A DNA stretch of 64,000 nucleotides, taken from the human T2T-CHM13v2.0 reference genome, Homo sapiens. The notes beneath the pieces were generated by a model, which saw only the letters and a program-made list of their open reading frames with translations, had not been told where the DNA came from and did no database searches. The number at the start of each line of letters is the position of its first letter. Position 1 is the stretch's first letter. Where the stretch lies: the NCBI RefSeq assembly GCF_009914755.1, contig NC_060937.1. One strand, 5' to 3'. Of the stretch, positions 40,990 through 59,033 are shown in pieces. Made by a program: the position numbers and the translations under genes.

Positions 40990-42464
40990 ATATGCAAAAA
41001 AATTTTTTTTTAATTTTCTCTACATCGGACCAATTTGTAAGATATTCTTGCTTTGAAATTCAGAGCCACCCAGAGTAGCTCAGAAATCCATGTTTCTATG
41101 TTACAAATGGGTTTTCCTAGTCTCAAAGAAGAAGAATTTGGCAATGAACTTGACTAAAAAATATGCTTTAATGCACTTTAGAGGCAGCAAAAATAATAAT
41201 TGCAGGCTTTATATAACTTCTTACAAGCTCAAAACTATCACAAATCATTAAGCACTGTCTTTTTAGTGAATCGCATAAAGCACAAAAGTTATTTTACACA
41301 TAGTAATGTTCTCATTAAATTGTAGTTCCTAATAAACAAAGGTAATAAAAAGGAACATTCTTATATACACATTATTACATGTCTCCGACACTATTCAGTA
41401 CTTGGCAAAGTAAAGATTATTCAAGAAAAATGTTAAGCCAGTAGCAAGTCTACTTTCTTGTATTACTAACCAAATCCTGATTCTCTTTAATTTCAGTGAA
41501 TATTTTTCTTATCTTTCCTTTCCGATTTAATAATCTGAAAATGTTTATTGTGAAAGAGGTATTTCTGCTTTTAACAGAGGAAAATAAAAAACAATAACAT
41601 AGTAAATCTTAAAAAAAAAACTAACATCTTTTGCCCAGCCTTAAATCTCATTCAGTTTTCATCCTATGAGGGTTCTGTTTTATTGTTAGCATATATTTTA
41701 AACCTGATATTCATTTTCTGTGGCAATACTAACTTGATAACAATGCCAAAATTGTCTTAATTTTCTCCTTCATATAATGACAGTTGACCCACTTACTTAA
41801 AATCAACAAAATAATTAGTAAGGTTTTTTCTCCATTCTACTTCTTAAAATTATCTTTTTTAGTTGGCTTTTGTGTTTATCTTATTTGCTATAGCTTGGTC
41901 ATGAATATCAGGACAAATACAAATAGATTGAAATTCACCATTATAAGAAGGTAAGAAAACTTCCAGTCTAATAAATAGTATCAAAAATAATGACCCAACT
42001 CCTTAAAAGTTATGCTTATAACCACATAAGGAAAACAAAATGTTTTCTTTAGGAAACTAAATGTTATCCAAGATACTGACAGCAATAATATTGGGAGAGA
42101 GCCACGTGTTACATAAACAGAAAAAAGTGACTACAGTGCTTTTTGGTACGCTCTTCAGTAATGTCAACCTTAAATTGTAGTTTCTGTGAATAACATTTCC
42201 ACAGAGCTAGAGGCCAATTTTTCTTGAATGTTTTGTTACTATTGATAATTAACAATTACTGAGAGTTTGGGATGCAATTAGGTACTGCAATAAAGATCAG
42301 CTATTCTGACAGCTCTCTAGTATAAAGTGATTATATAAATAGATTAGATTGAGGTAAAAGAAAGTAAAACTGAAAGGCTAGATGCATGCAAATTGAGTAT
42401 GGGAAATTCTGTGAGAAAAAGAGTTTCTTGACTCATTTTCAAAACAAGTAAACATACATAGAAA

Positions 42465-43040
42465 TAAAAGTCATTTATTTCATAAATACTTCCTTGACTA
42501 TCCACTATGTGCCAATCAATGACCTAAGCACTAAGGAAAAGCTAAATCTCTTCACCCATTGAACTTACATGCCAGCAAAATACAGCAAGTACATTTTTAA
42601 AATAAAAGAAAAAAATATTTTTTAGATTATTTCTATGGGGAAAGAAAACGGTCCATTGTAACATAAATTGTCTTAGATATGAAGGGAGCTGGCATCATTT
42701 GAAAGAATGATCATTAGAACCTGAATGGAGAGAAGCCAACAGTTCCATAAGGATCGGGAATAAGAGTGTTCCAGGCAAAAAGGATAACAAGAGAACATTT
42801 TCCGAGGCAAGAATGAGCTTGACATGCTTGAGAAGCTAAGATAACTCAGTATGGACTATCTGTAGTAAAGGACATGGTAATTGAAGATATTGGGGAAAGT
42901 GGCAAAGGTAAGATCATGTGGAGTCTCAAATGTCATCGTAAGGAGCTATAGTGGTGTGTTAAATTCATTAAGAAGGTGTTGGTGGATTTCAGACAAGAGA
43001 ATGTTGAAATCTGATTGGCTTTTGTAAAAACAAAAAAATC
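42465..43040 (-). mobile_element. L2 fragment
   Basis: 'aagagtgttccaggca...gaggcaagaatgagcttgacatg...agatcatgtggagtct' antisense L2 motifs. Confidence 0.55.
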
Positions 43041-43161
43041 GTACCATGTCATTTGTTTGTCATCACTGGAAACTGAATTTACCAGAAAATGAAAGCTTAT
43101 GCTCTAAAGTGCCAGTCAATGTATTTTTATATGCAGAATTTAAATGAAAATCACCTTTGTT

Positions 43162-43472
43162 GGCCGGGTGTGTTGGCTCACGCCTATAATCCCAGCACTT
43201 TGGGAGGCCGAGGCGGGTGGATCACTTTCGGTCAGGGGTTCAAGACTGGCCTGACAAATATGGTGAAACCTGGTCTCTACTAAAAAATACAAAATTAGGT
43301 GTGGTGGCAGGCACCTGTAATACCAGCTATCTTGGCAGGCTGAGGCAGGAGAATCACTTGAATCTGGGAGGTGGAGGTTGCGGTGAGCCGAGATCGCGCC
43401 ATTCCACTTCAGCCTGGGCAACAAGAGCGAGACTCTGTCTCAAAACAAAAGAAAACAAACAAACAAAAAACA
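43162..43472 (+). mobile_element. AluS (Sp/Sq-like)
   Basis: Full Alu; 16-bp TSD 'gaaaatcacctttgtt' at 43146-43161 and 43473-43488. Confidence 0.95.
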
Positions 43473-44227
43473 GAAAATCACCTTTGTTATTATAAATCCC
43501 TAAAGATGGTATATTGGATTATTAATATTTTTAATTCAAAGTCCTTGTTAACCTATAGTATAAAATGGTGTGAGATATAAATTTACACATTATGCTTTTT
43601 TACACCTAACAGATAGTATAATATACTTAACCAGGAAAAGTAGAAATAAAAATAAATAGTTTGCAAGGAGGGTAAAGAATATTCTCAAACTTTAAAAGAA
43701 CCAATTTCTATCAGTACCAGATTGCATACTTTCACAATTTTTAATGGGATATAATCTTTTAGTATGTTTTAAATCATTGAATCTAATCTTACATGATACA
43801 GAATATGGTAACTGCAATAAGTATGCTGAAAGTAAGATGATCCAAATATATAGCATTGAGTTGAAGCAGAGAGGAGGTAAACAGTGAGATTTCAGATACC
43901 AAAGGTTAGGGAATTGATGACTTACTTATATCTGCCCAATGTAACATTAGGAGAAATACGAAGGTGTGTCTGTAGTTGTGGAATTTTTTTTTTTCTTGAT
44001 GCTTGCAGTTAACTCCTATTAGAGATAAACTCCGGTTAGTGATCATAGTTTTTAAGCAGAGATAACAAGGGAACACAAATTTACTAAGGGAAGCACTTTC
44101 CCCTGTAACATGCTTGACTAAGAGTCTGTAATGTAGAGAGAGAATGAGCTTCTGTGCTTCAAGTTGAAGCAGTCGTGAGTAGTGGGGTTTGAAGGGTAGT
44201 CTTTTGTTTTTGTTTTGTTTTTTTCCT

Positions 44228-44552
44228 CATTAGAGCAATGCACATCTAAACCACAACGAGATACCATTTCAGACCAGTCAGAATGGTGATTATTAAAAAG
44301 TAAAAAAAATAACATGCTGCTGAAGTTGTGGAAAGAAAGGAACACTTACACACTGCTGGTGGGAGTGTAAATTAGTTCAACCATTGTGGAAGACAGTGTG
44401 GTTATTCCTCATAGACCTAAAGACAGAAATACCATTTGATGCAGCAATCCCATTACTGGGTATATACCCAAAGGAATATAAATCATTCTATTATAAAAGC
44501 ACATCCACACATATGTTCATTGCAGCACTATTCACAATAGCAAAGACATGAA
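44228..44552 (+). mobile_element. L1PA/PB ORF2 3' fragment
   Basis: 'ccacaacgagataccatttcagaccagtcagaatgg...gcactattcacaatagcaaagacatg'. Confidence 0.85.
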
Positions 44553-44890
44553 TAACAGTCTTAACACTGAGGCTCTAACATATATTACCAGTAGCCTGAT
44601 AGTAGAAACTGGATCAAGACTCTTGCCTTCACATCCAACTCATTTTTTTTCAAATGATCTCAAGCTATATAATATTATGTTAAGATAGAAGAATAAGGAG
44701 AATACCTATATTATGAAGTGAAAAACCAGTCTTTTGAGTTTTAAATTTAAAAAGAGCAAAGTATTTGACTGTGGTTTTCTGCATATGGAACTGACCAGAA
44801 ATAATAAATCAGAAGATTATTGTTTCAAAAAAATTGTATTGCCAAAGATATCAAAATCTCCTGACATTTTCAACTTCTAGAAATCACCCT

Positions 44891-45101
<211 letters not shown>

Positions 45102-47510
45102 TTACCATATTACCAGGCTCACAAATGTATACCATACGAAGTGGAAGTGGAAGGCCTAATTTCATAATGTCCAGTTCAGAAGAGGCAATGGAAGATAAAA
45201 GAGAAGAATTTTCAAGCAACAAAGTCAATGACCATGAGGATCAATGGGCAAGAGAATTCTTCCTAATGAATAGTACATTGAGCTGTAAGATGAGCTAACT
45301 GATATTCTACTTTGAGTGAAGCAAATTTTTGCATTCTTTCTAAGCATGAATTAATAACTACTAGGGACATGCAACTTCTGAGTGCTTTGAACAATATCCC
45401 TTTGCCCTAATGTGAAGTTTTTTGTTTGCTTTCTTTTTCCTTAATTCCTTTTATCTTGTTCCTACTTTCTTTTATTTTAAAAGATCTGGGGGTATAAGTA
45501 ATAAATATCTTTATTTATAAATCACCTGACCACAATAATCTAAAACTGAACATGCTGGAGGGCATTGCACATTGCAGAGAGGAGCTAAACAAAGTTATTC
45601 TTCTTACTTAGGTAGAAAGTGCCTGTGTTTATATGTAGAAAGAGGAGGAAATGAGCATATTTGGGAGGCCAAATGAGGACACAAATTATCCTTTAATAAA
45701 AGCTACATATACCACCCATCCTCTGTTGCTTTTAGGGATGACCATGCAATTAAGCTCTGATCAAAGGCAGAAAGACCACTTCTCCGGAGCTTGAATAGAA
45801 GAGGCAAGTAGCATTTTCTGATTTTCGGGGAGCCTTAAGACACCTTCTCCCTTCTTTGTTCCTTCCTGTTTCTACTACTTCTTGACAGGTGGAGCTCTCA
45901 CGTGGACCTGCAGACCAATCATACACACTTAGAATGACAAAACAAAGAGCTGGAAGGTATGAAGTCTTCTGTAGACTTACTAGATTAGAACCACCATCCC
46001 ATTTCTGGATTGCATCTATCAGGATCTTTGAGAGAGATTTTTAAAAATTGTTTCAATTGTTATTGTTTTTATTTTTATTTTCTGTCAACAGGGATGTCAT
46101 AGAATCCATGGGACTGCTGAAAAACCAAGATCAGAAAATTGTCAGGAGCTAGTGGAGGCTGAGCAGTGAAGGTTAGAGCCCAGCACATAGAGCAGCAGTC
46201 CCTTAGAATGCAGGTGCTGGCTTTACTGGAAATAGACTCTCAGTACCACTGAAGCAATGAGTACTTTCACTGCTGTTCTTAATATTTTATTCACTCAAGG
46301 TCCAGAATAGTAGGTTAATGCATTCAATTGAAGAAAGGGACTTTACTCAGTCTAATACATTAAAGTATTCCCAATAAATGGAAGGGTTACTGGAAGCTCA
46401 GAAGCAAAACAATAAGCAAATAAACAAACTAGTGTGCCTATTGTATTAGTATGTACCTTGCAATGTTAACTGTATACCAATATTATTTCCTCAAATTGAC
46501 CAGAGGCACTTCAAAAACTTACTTATTGGTTTAACAAGCAAATAATTGAACAAATTATTCAAATAGTTTAAAAATATGTGCTAATTCTCAAATTTAAATG
46601 CAATTACTTAGATTGAAACTTAATTCAATATAACATTCACGTCCCTTGTGTTAAGAAGTAGCTAACATGCCATATTAGTTCAGTGGCAGAGATATTATTA
46701 GAATGACTGAACTGCATAATTTTAAGGAATGCTATTCGGAAGTGATACAAAAACATGAATTTTAAAAACATACACTTAATCATTTAAGAGAACTCATCTT
46801 TTAGACTATATCCTTTCTAGCAGCAGAAAAAATAATTATGATTATTTGTTATTACCTAAATCATATGTCACATGGACTACAAAGAGATCATGATTTGTGC
46901 ATATTGGTTTTATGATGGAAAAGCTGATGGTCCTTTAGGTATGACATATAAAAGGGATCTCCAAATGACAATCACATTTTGAAATTAGATGGCATAGGAG
47001 GATTAAGTGGGTGAGATAGTAGCTACAAATATAAAAGAAAGCTGGCTGCACTCTGCAAGGATTTAATCAAATATGGAATAGTTTCCTTAGTGCTACTGAT
47101 ATAGCCTCATTATTTCAAATGCGACAAAGAAATGAAATGTAATGCTCCTTAGCTGCAGAAGTAGAGGGTGAAACAAAAAATAATAACCAAAAAATCCTTG
47201 GTGGTAGTAAGAAAGAATAGTAGAAAAGTGCAACATGATTTTAAATGCTCATTAATGTTATTAAAGAGGAATTACATTTTAAATATTCTGATAGTACTAT
47301 GCTTAAATGTAAGTTCTTTTGCACAGAATCAAATGACTAGCAATCATTAGTGCCAACAAGTTATGTTAACACTGAAGATCATGCAAAATTCCCAAAAGAT
47401 TTTGACTATTGGGAAAGAAAACTTTATTACAGAATACCAAGAGCAGCCACAAATCTCTACTGTTTAAACTGCAGTCATGTTGGTAAATTAACATTTAAAA
47501 ACAGATGGGC

Positions 47511-47882
<372 letters not shown>

Positions 47883-48715
47883 TTAAAGAGAGTTATTTTT
47901 TCTGCAAATAATTAGTATAGGTATTTGAAATGATACCACAAAATAGCAAGTTAGCAACAGTAAATATAGAAATTAAACTACAGTTTACATATAAGTGAAT
48001 TAATAACCTTTTATTAGTGAACTATATGAGGAAATAGCAACATACCAATAATTATTAAAATAACAGAAATATCACTATTTTTGGAAGGATAAACATTAAG
48101 GATGGTCCAAATTATAATCAAAGTTCTAAAAAGATCAGTCACTTGACTTGGGAAAAAACCTTGATATTTGGACTATTCTGTACAGTAAGGAATAATGTGG
48201 GCCACTGAATATAATATTAATATCCAGAAATGTTTTGGCATATTCATACTCAAATTGCAGTCCACAGACTCATTTCCCTCATAAAGTATTTATTACTGAC
48301 CACACAAGTTAGCATAGGAATTGATGTCAAACAATATTATAATCATTGTGACAGTAATTTTATGTCTGTTGAATCTATTGATAAAAATGTTGAGCTTGTA
48401 CTTCATGTATTTTTAAATTTCTTTTTCAAATAATCAACTTGTATCCTAGTTTTAAAAGCATTGGCTCCAAACAGAGAGGAAATGATTAAGAAAACATAGT
48501 GAGAAACATTGTTTTAGAGATCTCGACATCGTATGTTGGATTAATTTAGTTATGATAGTTTAGATATAGATTCCTCTTAAGACCTCTCCAAAATTGCTTA
48601 TTTCTGCCCTTTTTACCTCTCTGTGACTTTGCATCTGAGCTCAACTGATGATTATGTATTCTTTTATTTTAATGTATTGGCCATGACTTCAAAGGTGAGG
48701 ATGAGAGATAAATGC

Positions 48716-48747
<32 letters not shown>

Positions 48748-49574
48748 GACACATGTCAATGGGACCTGCAAGAAGAAATCAAAAATAATCGGTGACCAAT
48801 ACCTCCAATATTTGCAAGAATAAAAGACTAGAGAAGGCTTGGAAAAGTGATTCATTAAAGAGATTTTTAAGAGAGTAAAGAGCTCTAAGCTATTTTTCCT
48901 GGTCTCAGGTAAGAAATAGTATGAACCTACATAATAAATGTGTATGATTAAATGTAATATTAGCAATACTTCCCTAGCCCACAATGCGACAAGGAGTTTG
49001 CACCACAATAAAATAAAGTCTTCAAGTATTCTATTTAATTCAGCTGTCATTTTATTTTTCCACAGGAAAATGTTTCCAATGACAGAAACAGTGTAGAGAT
49101 ACACCAATTATCACAAGTTTCTTATCTCATTGGCCAGTAACAATCAATTAGTTGACTGGTTACTTTAAGTAGGACCATTAAATAGATTAGATATTAGTGA
49201 AAAAGCAAATGCTAGCACATTTCGGAACAGCTGGATACCGCCTGAACTGCAATATCTCCATTGCCTCTCCAGTGCCGCAACATGACCAGAGCATGAAAGA
49301 GTTATTGGGAGAACTTGGTATGCCCCTTATGAAGATCTGAGAACCTAATGCCAACTTTTGCCCAAAGAAGTCCTAAAGTGGTTGTTCAAAGTCCTTGTGG
49401 GTGGGCAGATGAGAAACAGCAATGAGAAAGCCTAAATTATCAGAGCTTTATAGAGCTGACTTTTCCTTTGCTCTGAGTGACTTGGGGAAAGGATCAGGTC
49501 TTGCAGTTTTCTCAAAGAACCCTGCCCAATAGTGACCCCTTCCAGAGATGTATCAGTGGGGAAGAACCTTGTTA

Positions 49575-50088
49575 AGAATTTTGAAGGCGTTGAACTTTTT
49601 CTTTAAGCTAACAAGTTAGCCTTCCCAGGTTTCATAGATGGAAGCATATAAAAGAGATTCCTGGGTTAGCAACAAAGGGATTTATTTATCATGGCACAGC
49701 ATAGAGAATGAGCTTAATGTTTACATCAGTAGTGACTCTTTCCCCTATCCCCTATGGGAAATGCAGGAGCAGGCTCAGTTATATGGAGGACACATGGTAG
49801 ATTTGGTTCATAGCTGAGAAACCCCAAGTTTAGGAAACTTCAATATTTTAAAGGAGGCATCTAGCAAGCTTGCCCAAATATTACCCTGGAGGGAGACATT
49901 ATCTTTATTATCCTTCAACAAGTTTAAAGAAATTTAAAGGATAATAAACAAATTTGCTCTTTGACAGGCAGGAAGATACTATGCTTATTTCCAAACCTGT
50001 TTGCTATGCAAACATTCTTGAAAAGTTGGTCCAGCACAAAAGCTGATGCAAGATGTCCAGAAATATCATGGAGACTAGCTTTCCAACA
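49575..50088 (-). mobile_element. Old ERVL-class LTR (LTR47/MER76-like)
   Basis: 'ctggagggagacattatctttattat...gtttgctatgcaaacattcttgaaaag...catggagactagctttccaaca'. Confidence 0.55.
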
Positions 50089-50479
50089 GAGCTAAATAAA
50101 ACCTATGAAATTTTAGATAAATTTGTGTTAATCATAGCCAGTGACAGTTATTGTAGCCTGTCATGAGAGAAAAGAGAAAACTACAAATAAAACTAAACAG
50201 TTAGTATAAGTTTGCTTCATTACTGTATTTCCATATTTTCAATATTTTATATCACTCATTTCTTGCCCTGAGATCAGAAGAGGCAAAAGGAAGGGGGCAA
50301 GAGATAAAGGAATTGGAACAGGGAGAACATCAAGCTAGAAGCTGGAACCATCATTGCTGCTCTATGGAATGAGTGGTGAGAAATCATATTTGAGATGAGG
50401 GAAAGATGTAAGAAGTTTTGAATAGAGTTAGAGATTAAATTTTGATATTAATTGCACTAAATCTTTAAATAAATAGGTT

Positions 50480-50670
50480 ACTCATGGATGACCTTGAATA
50501 AGTAATTTACTATGTAAGACTAAATTTCTTCATCAATGAAAAGGGTTAATATTAACGTTAAGACCACAGGGCTGTTCTGAGGGTTGCATAAATGTCCACT
50601 AAAAGCACTTAGCTTTAAAGAAAAATAAAAAATACAAAGTAAATGCTAAGCAATTGGTTTATTATTATTT
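50480..50670 (+). mobile_element. MIR
   Basis: 'tgaccttgaataagtaattta...tttcttcatcaatgaaaaggg...cacagggctgttctgaggg'. Confidence 0.6.
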
Positions 50671-52453
50671 TTGTCAGTTAGATGATGATATATAATTATA
50701 TTTACTTAACCACATTTTAAGTGTTTTTGTGCTAGGCAGATTAATGCTGCTTTTGATGTTAGAAAAAGAGCAGACTGTGTATTTAAGATAATATGTGAAG
50801 TACATAAATATTTTGTTGCTGGTCTCTCTGCATCTTGGGATTTATGGTCTAAAATGATATACAATAAAGTGAATTAAGTAGTAGCCCTTGAACAAATGCT
50901 TGTACTCATAAAGTAAAGAGGAAGAAACTGAGTTCATATTGCCTGAAAATAAGCCAGCATGTATTCTAAAACACATGGAATTATACCAGCCTGAACTGTA
51001 GGTACAGATATTCAATGTTTAAGATATGTTCTGCTCCTGTCTTTTACCTCCAAGTTGAACACTTTCATGTAATTCCATGTTCTGAAATAGAGATTTCATT
51101 TTACAGCAAGCCACATTCCAACTGGGAGAAAAATATATGTAAACTGAGAAATACATCAAATATTGACATTTAAATATGAATCTACCTGGCTTGAGGCCCA
51201 GAAAGGTCAGGAAAATGTTGGATCCATAAAAGATTTTCAAGCTTTATTGGAAACTTGCTCTCATAAAAAAATTAAAACATCTGGGACAAATAAAGATATG
51301 AAAACTGATCAAGATAAAACAAAAAATATATTGTTATTATGCAAGTTGTAGCAAATAACCAGAAATGCTGTATATTCTCTGTTATAAGATCCTTTTGATT
51401 ATAAAAAACCTTATAATTTAAAAACACGTTTAGGGAGAGATTAATGTGTTGAGAGAAAGCAAATCACTTCTTTTAAACTGAGTTGATGATAATTTTCATG
51501 CATTCCAGCCAAAGCCAACCAGGAACAAATATGTAGTTAAACAGAGTCAAGTTTATTAACAAGTTGCAACATTGGAGAACACACACATACATACATACAT
51601 ACATTTCAATTGAATAAACATGCTAGCTAAGAGAAACAAACTATCACAATGGATTTTTAAAAATCTAACAATATGTTTATTTGTGAAGGACTAAACATAT
51701 GCCCATAAAATATTTGAAAGAAAAAGAAAATAATAATGCTCATTACATCAATGTTTTTAATAGATAAAAGTCAGAAAACCAAAGATAAATTGTCATATAT
51801 TTACACAATGTAATATTAAATATGGGCATGAATGGACCACAGCTTCATAGATACAATATGGATATAAGTTAATAGTAATTTAATTATAATTAAGATGAAA
51901 TAAGCAAGTCCTTGGAGATGATTTTTTATACAATATTCAAAAACAAGTAAGATCTAAACAAGAATTGTACAGACATAAGCATATATGTAACAACACTTTT
52001 TACAATATGAAAAGAAACAATGAAAACAAAAAAATTCAAGATATTGAGTATCTCTAGGTATAAAAAACTCAAGATATGGACTATCTCTAGTTATAAGCAA
52101 GGAGGTAGAATAACAAATAATCAAAAGTAGATGAAAAGAATAGCTAGAAGTAGATCTTGACACATTTCTAGCTTTGAGTTTTTGTTGATTTTGTGGTTGC
52201 TTATCATATAATAAAAATGCATACACACTACCTACCTACCTACATGCATACAGCCATACACAGACTGAACTTCCATGTAGTAAATATATATGAAAATTAA
52301 TCTAATTCTGTTCACCTGGGGGGCAGATATAAAAATTTCTGGACCCTTGTATAACAAAATATATTTAATTTGCTGAATTAAAAATTTCTGATACTTAAAC
52401 ACTTTAGATTTTCTCTCTCTCTCTCATAAAATTTCAGTCATTAAGAAATTCTC

Positions 52454-54872
<2,419 letters not shown>

Positions 54873-56974
54873 AAGAAATTCTCAGAAGATTGTAAAAGCA
54901 GTTGCTGTAAAAATTTCTTTTTCTGAATTTGTTGGTATATCCTGCCTTATCTTATACCAATTTTGCAAAACTTCTCATAAAATGAACTTATAGATTAAAT
55001 TATTTCATCAAAATTAGAAAAAAGTAGGTATATTTTAACATCATATTCATTTATAAAGAGTGCATTATTTGAAAGAAAAATAATAAATTTTTATACTACA
55101 CGCTGGCAGAATTATATGTGTCTGTGTATATACAAAATGATAAAATTATCTTAAATTATGTAATGTATAATTATATAGATTTTAGAGGCATACAATTTTA
55201 AACATTATATTTTAAAAAAATCATTTGAGTATTCCTGAAGGCGGATTTAACTGCTTATTAATAAATATGTCTTTCAGTAAAATCAGCATTAATTGCACTC
55301 TTGACAAGCAGTAAAATAGAGACTGACGTGATAAAAAATAAAAGTAAGTTTGTAAAAGTAGGGCTCCGCCAATACAAAATGAAATGTATAATTTCCTACT
55401 GTCATGAATTATTTCTGTACCCTTATTTTTATTTTTTATTTACAAATATGGAAGAGATTGAGTTGCTCTTCATGACAGGTCTATATCCCAGAGCTCATCA
55501 TGGGGCTTGGAACCTGAGTGGTTTTCTCTTGGCAGCCATCCCATATGTGATATCTGCTCTGTGAAATCTGGTATATTTAGTTGTTTTCATTGCTATTGAG
55601 ATCAACACAAAATTCACTCTTGAAAGTGTATAAGGCAAAAAAATGTGAACAGGAAGACTAATTATCACTTACTGACACCACAGCAGAACTGTTTTTCCCA
55701 TATTTAAATGATTTAGACATGATAATACTCTTCACAGTTATCAGTGGAAAAGAGTTCAGCTATGTGATTTAACCATAATAAGATAAATACATATGAAATT
55801 CTCAAGTCCATTAAAATTTAGAATCCTTAAAAGCATTTGTATTAATCAAGCTTAAAGATTATTTTTGTATTCATAATATTCCTTATATTTCCATTTCCGT
55901 ACTGTTAGGGATAAAAACTTTTTATATAGTGTACCAATCTATATATATGCTCTTCAGCAAAACAGATAAGCTTTTTTCCTGTCAAAACATTTAATTATAA
56001 AGTTGTTCATGTTAGTTAAGAAGTAAATCATTTAAAGGGTAAAAAAAGATTAAATGTAATCTTGAAAGGAAAATGCTTACTGATAAAAAGGAGAGAAACT
56101 TGTAGTCAAAGAAAGAAAGTAATTTGTCATTTCAAGATAGTTAATGAGCTTCAGATACTCTTTGATGATGAGAAAGAGTACGATACACACACAAAAAGCT
56201 TTAATGAAGTATAAAATTATAACAGATAATGAGGTTCTTTTTATAGAATATGCAATTAGTAATTGTTGAAATTTATATTTCTTATGATTATAAATATGTT
56301 GACAACACTATGTACATGTAAAACCATTTTGAATAGAAGTGATAAATTCTAGATTAAGCTGATCAAGATCAAGCTAACTTTTCTTTTTCTGGCTTAATTC
56401 TCTATTCTGTGGATTGGGGAGAAACAAAATGGGTCCAAAGCACAGGATTTTAGAAAGGTGTACATTAAACTGCTGCAACTGTAATAGCATACAAGTGAGC
56501 TGAGGGGATTTGTTTAATCAAATGGCTGAGGGGTATTAGGATGGTACCTGAGAAAATAATATATGAGTAACATGGACAAAAAGGTTGAATAGACTGATAA
56601 TTAGAAAAATAAGAATCAGTAGAATTTTATGTAACTATTTTAGGAGTAAAAGACCAGAAACACAGTAAAAAACAGGAAATCATTTTCCTGTATGTGTCGA
56701 AGTTAATTTGAACCTTCGAGTCACAAAGAATTGCTTTTCCAAGTATTTTTATTTTATGATTATTTTTCATTCTCTGTATTTAACATGTATAATGAAATAA
56801 CTTGCACAATTATATAACAAAATGCATATGTAAAAGCATATGGCTGCATACTATATGCATATGGAATTCTTTGTTGTATTGTAGTAAAGAAACATGAAGA
56901 TGACTAAAATATTCAATAATAAACAATAGTTTAAATGTAATCCAATTCTCGGAAACAATCATATGCACTTCTGA

Positions 56975-57341
<367 letters not shown>

Positions 57342-57887
57342 TAGCCATTGAAAAGTAAGCCATAGAGTAGAATATTGATATGTATTTGCCTGGCTGGGCC
57401 TTTCTTGCTCAACTAATAAATAATCTGTTAAGACTATGTACTAACTGTTTAACATTGGTTTAGAGAGATTGGTTTATTGAGTTTATCAAGATTTTAACCA
57501 TTATTTATACTAACATGATGTCTAAATATTTTAGAGACAAATATTAAAAAATTGAAATATGGTATTAAATAATAAGCTATTAATATTTTATGTACTTTGA
57601 TTTTGAAAAGATGCCTAAAATTATTTCCTAATTTGAATTTTTTCTTCTCTCCGTTTAAATTAATTGTACTGAAAACTATTGTAATATGAACCATTGACAG
57701 ATGGTTTAAGAATCTAAATAAGTATAATTTTGCATATAGCATATGCAATCATTTTTCTTAGAAGATAGTATTAGGTAATTGCCCTTATTAATGATCCCCT
57801 AGCATTTTGGTAAGGGTTATCTGTTAAACAATTTAGACTATCACTATAAAATATTACTTACATTTATGCCTCTAGAATGCCTTCTAA

Positions 57888-58608
<721 letters not shown>

Positions 58609-58609
58609 T

Positions 58610-58897
58610 GAGGCAGAGTCTCGCTCTGTCCCCAGGCTGGAGTGCAGGAGTTCTGTGGCGCGATCTGGGCTCACTGCAAACTCTTAACTCCCTGGTTGAA
58701 GCGAGTCTCCTGCCTCAGCCTCCTGAGTAGCTGGGACTACAGGCGTGTGCCACCACGCCCAGCTAATTTTTGTGTTTTTAGTAGAGACGGGGTTTCACCA
58801 TGCTGGCCAAGATGGTCTCGATCTCTCGACCTCGTGATCCACCCGCCTCGGCCTCCCAAGGTGTTGGGATTACAGGCGTGAGCCACCATGCCCGGCC
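58610..58897 (-). mobile_element. AluS (Sc-like)
   Basis: Antisense Alu; 'aacttctacc' TSD at 57905-57914 and 58898-58907 brackets both Alus and the pyrimidine tract. Confidence 0.9.
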
Positions 58898-59033
58898 AAC
58901 TTCTACCAGAATTTTCTAATGATCTGCGTCTTAAATTTTTCCCACAATTATACGAGTCAGTTTCTTAAAATAAATGTCTTTCTCCATGAAGACACATCCT
59001 ATTGGTTCTGTTTTTCTGGAGAACCCTAATACA
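58898..59033 (+). mobile_element. MLT2 LTR 3' end, interrupted upstream by the Alu cluster
   Basis: 'cttaaaataaat...cacatcctattggttctgtttttctggagaaccctaataca'. Confidence 0.7.

Noticed and set aside
48664-49107. 147-aa minus-strand ORF
   Set aside because: Low-complexity hydrophobic translation of AT-rich DNA including a (CAAAA)n tract; no recognisable homology.
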